Origin: Eledone cirrhosa
Taxonomy: Eukaryota
Length of the DNA: 64,000 nt
Reading direction: 5' to 3'
Assembly (NCBI GenBank): GCA_964016885.1
Contig: OZ024740.1
Location: forward strand, 311,612,001 to 311,676,000
Shown: positions 54,801 to 64,000 of the stretch, in pieces
How the letters are laid out: each line of letters begins with the position of its first letter
Numbering within the stretch: the stretch's first letter is position 1
The notes under the pieces: model-generated
Seen by the model: the letters and a program-made list of their open reading frames with translations, nothing else
The model's database searches: none
Told to the model about the DNA's origin: nothing
Position numbers and translations under genes: made by a program

Positions 54801-56719
54801 GTCAAGCAACAGTTAATGGTGGTACTCTCTCAAGAAAGCAATTAGAATAGAATCGATAGGGTTTAGCAGAGAGTTAGCTTTAGAGAAAAACAAACTAGAA
54901 AGAGGACTAGTAGCCAAGGTAGAGGAGGCACTTAGAAGTGGCAACGCGGCTATAGTGTTGGACCAGTTCTTCGATGCGAAACACGAAGGCTGCGTGGTCA
55001 GGAGCAAAACACGTGCTCCAGGAAACGAAGGAGCGAAAGCTGTCAGCTGGGCCCGAGTGGCGGAGGCAAAAAGTGGCAACAAGTCCACGATTCGGTCTTT
55101 GAAAGACCAAAACGGACGCGTGCTACCTGACCCCAAGCAAATGTGCGCGGCCTTTCAGCAGCACTTTGCGCGACTGTTTGATCAGAACGACGGTGAGCCG
55201 AACGGGGCAATGGACTTTAGTTCATACCTCGACGGCCTGCCGCGTCTCTCGAACACGGACGCCGAATTCTGCGAAAGACCGATCACGGACACTGAAATAC
55301 GGGACGCTCTGGGCCGCTGCGGGAAACGCAAGTTACCCGGTCTAGATGGTCTACCCTACGAGTTTTACATATGCATGCCGGCTTGTTCTCTGGCGTCCTC
55401 GAAGCCGTCTACTGCAATTGGCAGCAGAACGGGAGAATTCCCAGTTCTGCAGGCAAGCGCGTAGTAACGCTGATCAGGAAAGACGAGAACAAGGGGGACG
55501 AAATTAACAACTTCAGGCCCATAACTCTGCTCAACACAGAGTTAAAGATTTGGCCAAGGTGCTAGCGACGAGGCTGGCGCTTCTCGTCGAGAACCTGGTA
55601 GGGAAAGCGCAAACGTGTGCAATCCCGACCAGGTCCATACACGACAACCTCCACTTCATGCGATACATCATAGAGAGGGTGGGTAGTAAACCCGGCTTCG
55701 GTGGGGCTCTGATCAATTTGGATTAGTGTAAAGTATTCGATAGAGTCGACCATCGATACTTGGAAGCGGTTCTCAAGGCGGCCGGTTTCGGTCCCGTGTT
55801 CAGAGGCTGGATCGAGGCGATGCACACCAGCATCTGCTCGAGGGTCAAGGTGAACGGCTACCTATCGGAGCCGTTCTCAATCACGCGTTCCATTCGACAG
55901 GGGTACCCTCTCTCCTACATTCTGTATGTATTGACTCTAGAGCCACTACTGCGGAAATTGGATCTGTTGCAGGGCATCCCTCTAGAACCGGGACTGCGCA
56001 AAGCGGCGTCGGCTTATGCCGACGACGTGACGGTAATAGTGGCGAGCACCTCGGAAATCGGGGTGATCGGCAACTTACTGAAAGAATACGAAACGCTGAC
56101 GGGAGCAAAACTAAACCCGGACAAGTCTGTCGGTTTCCAACTCGGTACGTGGAGAGGCAAACATGACGTCCGACAGCGTCGCTGGACGCTGGACGGACGG
56201 ACCGGTGAAATTGCTTGGGGTCTGGTTCGGTCCAGACCTCCAGGTGGAGAAAAACTGGAACGATGTCATGGCCAAGGTGTTTGCACTCACCCAGAAGTGG
56301 GCAGAGTGCAAACTGTCCTTGAAAGGTTGAGCGAAGGTGGCGAACATTTTCATAGCGTCCCTCATCTACTACCGCTTGACTGTCGTGTCTTGTCCCCGTG
56401 AAAACCTCGCCAAGATGGAACGCATGCTCTTCCAGTTTCTGTGGAAGAAGCAGGCTCCGCTGGTGAGGAGATCCGTCTGCTGTCAGCACCCTTCCAACGA
56501 AGGGCTGGGAATGTCGTGGCTGATGATGCGCAAACATGCGCTGAGGCTGCGGTATCTCCAGGTATTCCTCACCGACCCCCAACCGGTGTGGGCACCGTTT
56601 GTGAGACAGGCTTTCCCACAGCTCGTCTCGCTGACGGAGCTGCAGTCCTGGGTCAAGAAAAGACCGAATATGATGGGCGCCTGGCACATTGAATGCGCTC
56701 AGGCGCTCACAGTCCTCTC
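51869..56719 (+). mobile_element. Tx1-type copy D (5' UTR, ORF1, most of ORF2), 3'-deleted
   Basis: ORF1 52168..53955 (CFRCGSTAHLKAFC), ORF2 from 53997 (MASLRVG). Confidence 0.9.
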
Positions 56720-56917
56720 TTCGTACTCCTGGAGATGAGGGTTGCACATTTTTTCGGGGGTATATGTTACCCATATGAAATGTCTCCCTCTATTGGGGAA
56801 AATCGATTAATTTTTAAATTGCATTTGTGATAGTATTTTACACATTTTTATTGTATGTAAACTTCCCCCCTTTGTATTTGTCCCCTTCTTTTGTGCCTCT
56901 GTGGCTAATAAAGAAAC
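56716..56917 (+). mobile_element. Tx1 C-subfamily 3' UTR fused to copy D, followed by (TATC)n
   Basis: Near-identical to 39128-39322; ctct microhomology at the junction. Confidence 0.9.
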
Positions 56918-56961
56918 ATATCTATCTATCCATCTATCTATTCATCTATCTATCTAGCTAG

Positions 56962-57176
56962 CTGTAGGTTGAAGAAGAGAGCAAAAGGAAGAATGAAGCA
57001 CTTGCACAACACGCTCCGGGGGCATTAAACAACCCATTTGTGACGCCTCCCTCCTATTGGGGATTTCAATTGTTAAATTTATTTGTTTCAATATTTTTAC
57101 ACGACTATGTAAAATCCCCGGCATGTTTCCTTGTTTTGTTCCCTTTTCTTGTGCACCCTTGTGGCAAATAAAGAAA
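56962..57176 (+). mobile_element. Solo 3' UTR of Tx1 D/E subfamily (5'-truncated insertion in TATC)
   Basis: Homologous to 33120-33356; TATC on both sides. Confidence 0.85.
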
Positions 57177-57479
57177 TATATCTATCTGTTTGACTGCTCG
57201 TCTACCTATTTACTTATCTCTTCACATACACACACAGATACGCCACACATAAATATACACATGAATAAATACATATGTAAACACATTCACGCATGCGCAC
57301 ACACCCACATCATATGTTTTCTTTTCTTCTTCAAACAATATTTACCATTATTTTTGAGATACATTTTCATTTTTAAAATTAAAACGAAAGCATTTCAAAT
57401 TTTGGTTTTGTTTTGCTTAAACATTAACTATAGCAACAAGATAACCTTAATAAATGTTAAACACAGGCGCACACACAAT

Positions 57480-57650
57480 ATACATACATACATACATACA
57501 TACATACATACATACATACATACATACATACATACATACATACATACATACATACATACATTCGTACATACATTCGTACATACATTCGTACATACATTCG
57601 TACATACATACGTTCGTACATACATACATACATTCATACAAACATACATA
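57480..57650. repeat. (TACA)n microsatellite
   Basis: Direct reading. Confidence 0.95.
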
Positions 57651-60126
57651 AGAACAGGTTGAGAGCTACTGGAGATCTGTATGGGAAACGGATGACGGAT
57701 TCAACAGACAAATTAATTGGCTAAAAGAACTGGAACAGGACTACTGCCAACATGTCCAGACAAAACAATATGACATAGATGGGTCAATACTGGAAACAGC
57801 TCTACAGAAAATGTCGAATAGGAAATCACCAGGCCCAGACCTCATTACAGGATACTGGTTGAAGAATTTCACTTTCTATCGGCAAGATCTCATACGGCTG
57901 TTTACAGAAACCATTAAAGGCACACAAGAACTACCCAGATGGTTATCAAGTGCCACTACTCTCCTCATTCCCCAAAATAGCCAAACCACCCTTGCTAAAA
58001 ATTACCGCCCAATAGCCTGCCAAAACATCATGTATAAATTATATACTGGGTGCCTTAACCTGTTCTTACAGGATCACTGTGCTACCAACAACATCATAAC
58101 ACCTGAGCAAGCTGGTGGAAAGAGAGAGGTGTGGGGTTGCATAGATCACCTACTAACCAATAAAATGATTCAAGAAAAACAACAAAGAATCGCAGAATCA
58201 TGACATTAGTGTGGCTTGACTATCAAAAAGCATTTGATAGTGTACCTCATGGGTGGATTGTTAAGGCTTTACAGTTAGCCAAAGTCCCACAACCACTGGT
58301 AGCTGCTGTTGAACGTCTGTCCAAGAACTGGTACAACCAATTTGATTCTTAGAGGTGAGAAGGAGCAAGTTAAGACTGATAGGATACATTACCAGAAGGG
58401 CATCTTTCAGGGTGATAGCTTGTCAGTGCTACTCTTCGTTCTCTCACTAAATCCACTATCTTACCTACTCAGGAAACAAGGTGGCCAAAGAAGTGGGTCC
58501 AGAAGTATCTCCCATCTTTTCTTTGTTGATGACCTGAAGTTGTATGGGCCAAATATCAATGACATCAAGAAACAATTGGACCTCATTACACAATTTTTAA
58601 CAGACATCAAAATGAAATTTGGTGAGTCCAAGTGTGCATATTTGGCAGTAAAACGTGGAAGAGCTGTGCCCTCCTCTAGAAATCTAGAGATGAACGGCCT
58701 GACAATACAACCTCTACAGTCAGGTGACAACTACAGATATCTTGGACAAGATGAGGATGTCAGATATGATGGACCCATAAATAAGGAGAGAACCAGAATT
58801 GAATACCTCAGAAGAGTAAAGAAAATATGGTCATCAGAACTGTCAGCATACAACAAATACATTGCCCACAATACTTATGCTGTGCCAATTCTAACGCCAA
58901 CATTTGGCCTGCTGAACTGGTCATTGCAAGAACTAAGTGAGATGGATGTTAGAACTCGCAAACTTCTCAGTGTTAATGGGAACTTTAACATCAATGGTGA
59001 TGTGGATAGGCTATACTTCTCACGCAAGGAAGGTGGCCGGGGTCTAAAGTCCATATTAACATCATATGAGACCCGGATAGTAACACTGAAGTAACACCTT
59101 CAACAGAGGAAAAAGGTTGGCAACCATCTTGCCCAGGTTTATGAGCATGAAAAAAAATATCATTAGAATAGCCACTGATCTGGAGGAGAGATATGGAATA
59201 AAGCCTGATATAAATCTCTCACCTAGAGAAATCGGAAGATCCTATTCAATGTTCAAACAAGATGAAAAAATTGACCAATTTACAGAAAAAGTTGTGCATG
59301 GATACTTGAGACGTAAAACACAGACCATAGAGGGGATAAACCACTCAAAAAGCCTGGCATGGAGTTCCGATAAGTTTATGACATCATACCTTGAGGGATA
59401 TCTCTGCAATACAGGAACAAGAACTCCCTACCAAATATCTGCTGCACAAAAGGGGAGGGCCATCAGCTGACAATAAATGTAGGCTATGTAAAACAAAGAT
59501 CGAGGATGTAAGCCACATTGTTGCCAGCTGCGAAAGAATGTCATCTCGCTACTACCTCCCCATGAGACGATGGGATAGCTAGAACCACCTGGAACGCACT
59601 TCGGAAAACAAAATTAACAACAAACGAGGAAGAATATATTGAGACAGATGGCACTAAGGAATACTGGTGGAACCTGAAAATAAAAACTGCCACCAAATTA
59701 AAGCACAACCTACCTGATATTGTTGTTTGGGACCACACATTGAAAACGTGTTCTGTTGTGGAGATCAGCTGCCTCACTTGATGTAAACGTTGTCAGAAAA
59801 ATACAGGAGAAGGAGGACATCTACGGACCATTGATGAGTTTACAAATCCAGTATCCAAGATACAACTTTAGCTTCATACCCATCATTATTGGAGCTACGG
59901 GTTATTTACCAACCCGTTTGGACCAAAGTATGACTGAACTTGGATTTGCGGATAAAGAGCGCAGTTCCCTAATTGATAGTCTACAAATGGCTGCGATAGC
60001 TGGCACCTTCAAAATTTGCAAAACATTCTTGCGATTCAAGGGATGACAATTTCTTTTCTTTTACAACCTTACCACCAGGAAGGTGGCCGGTCAAAAAATT
60101 ATACTCGAAATTAAGAGAAAGAGATA
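57651..60126 (+). mobile_element. Dong/R4-type family 3, 5'-truncated, flanked by (TACA)n
   Basis: KSPGPD, NYRPIAC, QGDSLS, FVDD, CRLC..EDVSHIVASC, PDIVV. Confidence 0.88.
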
Positions 60127-60424
60127 ACATACATACATACATACATATATATAATGCATACATATATATATAATGCATACATACATTCATACATACATAC
60201 ATGCATACATACATAGAGCATACATACACATATTCATACATATATACATACACACAACATACATTCATATATACATACATGCATACATACATGCATACAT
60301 ACACACAGCATACATACGTACATATATACACACAACATACATACGTACATACATACGCACAACATACATACATACACACAACATACATACATACATACAA
60401 CATACATACATTCAACCATATATA

Positions 60425-60982
60425 TATGGTGGCTGCCAACTCGTTTTCGAGTACGGCCACTACTTTATATCCATGTAGGAGAACCCCTACCGATGCGCTG
60501 AACGAGTGTGACTTTTTAGTTCAGCCAGCGAGTTGAAAACTCTGGTACAAACACTACACTTGTGACAATTATTGACACATAGTGCTGGGCCCGTGGTACC
60601 ATGTGACGACAAGTGCAGAGAGATCTCCAGATATAAAGCAATGCCTGTGCCGTGAAGCTTTTATAGTGAGCAAAGACACTGCACAAAGCCAGTCCCACTC
60701 TCTTAACCAAGAAGATATTTACCAAAAAGAACAAGTCAACATCATTGGATACCATCAGGGTTGCAGGTGTTATATCAGAGTTTTCCTTCTCCTAGAATTC
60801 TGCCTTGACAAAGGCTAAGGGGTCATCTCTCCCGGTGATTTTGGATGGCCATTGACTCTTAAGAGCTCCTTTGCTCTTTGACAGGTTTTGTTTTTGGTCC
60901 TGCAGGATGTCCAAAGTCACCCTCCTCACCAAGAAACCTTGGTGGGGTTGCCAGTTTAGTCGCCAACGACCCGACCATGAGA
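60425..60982 (-). mobile_element. Non-autonomous RTE-related element in a (TACA)n field
   Basis: Homologous blocks with 45630-46140. Confidence 0.55.
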
Positions 60983-61639
60983 CATACATACATACATACA
61001 TACATACATACATACATACATACATACATACACACAACATACATACATTTATACATACATACACACATGCATACATTCATACATACATACATGCATTCAT
61101 ACATACATACATGCATGCATACACCATACATACATACACACACCATACATACACACATACATACACGCGCAGATATACGCTAATACATACGGAGACAGAC
61201 AAAGAGAGTGAGTGGCAGAAAGAGAGAGAGAGGGGGAGGGAGAGAAGGAGAAAAAAGAGAGAGATATAGAGAGAGAGAGGGGAGAGAAAGAGAGTGAACG
61301 AGAGAGAAAGGGAGTAAGCGGGAGAGAAAGAGACAAAGAGTGAACGAGAGAGAGGGGTGGGGGGCTGGAAGGAAAGGGAAGATCAGAAAAGATTTTAAAG
61401 TCGATCCAATATGTTTGTCATACAATAAATGTTTATTTAACGTTCACATGAGTGTTCAATTGTAATTTGTGTGTCTAAAACCGTCTAATAATGTAAACTC
61501 AAATTGCATGTTGAAATTTTATTTTCTCTCTTGCTTTAATAATTTCTTTTAGTCAGAGAATGATTTGTGGACCTGCATGCGTTGGCAGCACGTGCATTTT
61601 AAATTCGTGTATAGCACTTGGACATAAACTGAAATGGAC

Positions 61640-62142
61640 CTCGGCCGGTCACGACGATGATCGTTCCAGTTATTCGATCAACTGAACAGTTAGCTCATGA
61701 AATTAACGTGTAGGTGGTTGAGTATTAAAGAGGCACATATAACATTTAACAGTGCCGGGTTTACCATTGTTGTTAGGTGTGCTTAAGCACATGGACCCGT
61801 TGACCAGGAAGGGGGTCCATCTTCCTGCGAAATAAATTTTTTACGATGTGTTTTCAAATGTTTGGGGCTTCATAACTTAACTAGCACAGGGCCTTATTTG
61901 TCCTAAATCCAGCACTGACCATTAATGTAATTCTCGAAGAAATTCAGTGTAATAAAGTGTATGACAAGGCTGCCCCTTTTGAATTAAAAGTAGAGAGCAC
62001 TAGACGGGCTTCCAAACAGTCCTATCTACCCAATTTCACTCACTAGGCTATGGTAAATGACACTTTCCCAAGATGCCACACAGTGGGATCAAACCCAGAA
62101 CCTAACATTTACGAAGCGAACTAATTAACCATTTGGCCATGC
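61640..62142 (-). mobile_element. tRNA-derived SINE (second family) interrupted by a hAT MITE
   Basis: Minus head gcatggccaaatggttaa..gggtttgatccc; body continuous across the insertion. Confidence 0.65.
61750..61917. mobile_element. hAT-type MITE
   Basis: TIR cagtgccgggttta / taaatccagcactg; degenerate 8 bp TSD acatttaa/accattaa. Confidence 0.7.
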
Positions 62143-62314
62143 TGTGTCCACGGGCAAAAACTACAATCTAGTTATCCCCCACCCTACCTGACTTACAACG
62201 TTGCTTCCTCATAACATTCTTAATAATACACATTTTCTTATGAAATTTTGTAGCGATACATTTTCGAAAATGTAGAATACGATTATGTTGATAACATTAA
62301 GATAATGTATATTG

Positions 62315-63052
62315 ATATATTAATCTAAAACTATAAAGTTAACAGTCTCTAATACGTAAACGTCTCAATGAAAGAATAAGATATATTGACAAATTATCTA
62401 TTCAGAGAAGTAATAAAATATATAAACTTAGCCAAAATCTCATTTTGTGGGGATATAAACTAGATCGGCTAAAAATGTCGGTTTTAACTTATATAATACC
62501 CGACTATAGTTTATGGAACTCAAGATACAACATCAGTAATTCCGAGACACTAGAATAACCAATATTGGAAGAATTTAAGTTCCATCATCGGGAGGCGAAT
62601 TTTTCTTAGGAATGAGGGGACAAGTTGAAAATATATCATACACCCCATTTTGCTGTAAGATCGCATGTTAAGCAAGATGGTGTATCATTGAATTACTATG
62701 AATAAATTCTACCTAAGGGGACAAGTTGAATATATATTGTACATACCATGTCATTAGTAGACCGCATGGTGAGCAACGCTAAATTATTGTATGAATATTT
62801 TCTACTTAATGTATTAGGACAATACGACGGGTCTATATTGACACTGGAAATAGCAGCACAAACTGTCTAATTCAACTCAACAATGATGGAGCAGTCAATA
62901 TTAACTCTATAAAATTAACAGTCTCTAATACGCAAACATCTCAATGAAAGGATACGATAGATTAATAAATTATCCACTCTGAGAGGTATAAAAATATATT
63001 ACACTTAAGCCAAAATATCATTTTATGGGGATATAAGCCAAATCGGCTAAAA
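62315..63052. repeat. Diverged ~155 bp direct repeats (62315-62475, 62895-63052) enclosing a ~100 bp tandem duplication (62616-62810)
   Basis: ttaacagtctctaatacg..gccaaaat.tcatttt.tggggatataa..atcggctaaaaa twice; ggggacaagttgaa..ttctac.taa twice. Confidence 0.75.
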
Positions 63053-63385
63053 AAGGCGGCGAATTAGCAGAGTCGTTAGAACGCCGGATAGAATGCTTTA
63101 TGGCAGGCATGTAAAACTGAGGGTCCACCGAGGGCAAGATGGGTCACATATGTGTTGTCTAAGGGCCACACATGACAACTAATTGTGCACATTACAACTA
63201 ATATTTTTATTTTATATTACACTCGCGCTGTAAAAACCTTTGTGCAGGCTGCAGGTGTGCTTGTAAAGGGCCGCATGCCGCCTGCGGGCCGCATGTTTGG
63301 TATGCCTGCTTTATGGTATTCGTTCCGGCTCTCTGCTCTCTGAGTTCAAAACCCGTCAAGGTCAACTTTGCCTTTCATCCTTTCT
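63052..63385 (+). mobile_element. tRNA-derived SINE (family of 6832) interrupted by a hAT MITE
   Basis: ggcggcgaattagcagagtcg.. / ..tgagttcaaaacccgtcaaggtcaactttgcctttcatcc. Confidence 0.75.
63104..63308. mobile_element. hAT-type MITE with perfect 8 bp TSD
   Basis: TIR caggcat / atgcctg; TSD ctttatgg at 63096-63103 and 63309-63316. Confidence 0.88.
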
Positions 63386-63589
63386 CATTTTCCCTTTCTA
63401 TCTTTCTCTGGAAGAAATCTGCTGTACTCAGTCTTGGAGAGGCATGGGCTCCGCCAAGCTTAAAATATCCAAGAAACGCCGTATGTCAATATGACGTCCC
63501 TACGACTCTATCACATTTATATATATATATATATATATAACATAAGAAACGGAGAAGAATCAGTGGTGCGACGAATAAAATTTATTAGA

Positions 63590-63680
63590 CATATTACAAT
63601 CGTTTCTCTGGCGACCAGCTCGAGGCACGATCGATGCAATGATCAAACCTGACTCTGAAATCGCAAGGTCCTCAGATACG
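63590..63680 (-). ncRNA. Type I hammerhead with extended stem II
   Basis: cgtat CTGAGGA [~60 nt branched hairpin] GAAA cgattg TA atatg. Confidence 0.7.
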
Positions 63681-63692
63681 TATCGATTCTTC

Positions 63693-63768
<76 letters not shown>

Positions 63769-64000
63769 CACACACACACACACATATATATACACATACA
63801 TATATATATATAGAGAGAGACACACACAAACATATATACACACACACACACATACACACATACACACACACACCTACACACACACATATATATATATATA
63901 TGTATAAATGTATATTGTATGCAAATGAGAAAGTTGTAAAGGTAATATTACAATCCAAATAAAAAATCTGACATTGGTTTGACTGATTGATATTTTTCAT

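Overview
Eukaryotic, AT-rich, microsatellite-dense window with no recognisable host gene; the SINEs resemble octopus/coleoid cephalopod repeats (from memory, unverified). It is almost entirely retroelement-derived. (1) About seven full or partial Tx1-type (L1-clade, APE-RT) LINEs, all but one fragment on +, sit in (ATT)n or (TATC)n tracts, often head-to-tail and chimeric. (2) Three Dong/R4-type RT-RLE families sit in (TAA)n or (TACA)n. (3) There are two Naiad-like Penelope remnants and about nine type I hammerhead ribozyme motifs. (4) RTE remnants, a mariner, a pogo-like remnant, hAT MITEs, a Helitron-like element and tRNA-derived SINEs fill the rest. All TE ORFs are frameshifted or truncated. 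Most notable: in all four Tx1 copies that keep the ORF1/ORF2 junction (three divergent subfamilies), the ORF1 stop codon lies inside a consensus 5' splice donor (G|GTRAGT). An AG-free pyrimidine tract follows, and the first downstream AG gives an in-frame ORF1-ORF2 fusion. This suggests a conserved micro-intron controlling ORF2 expression, which is an inference needing RNA data.
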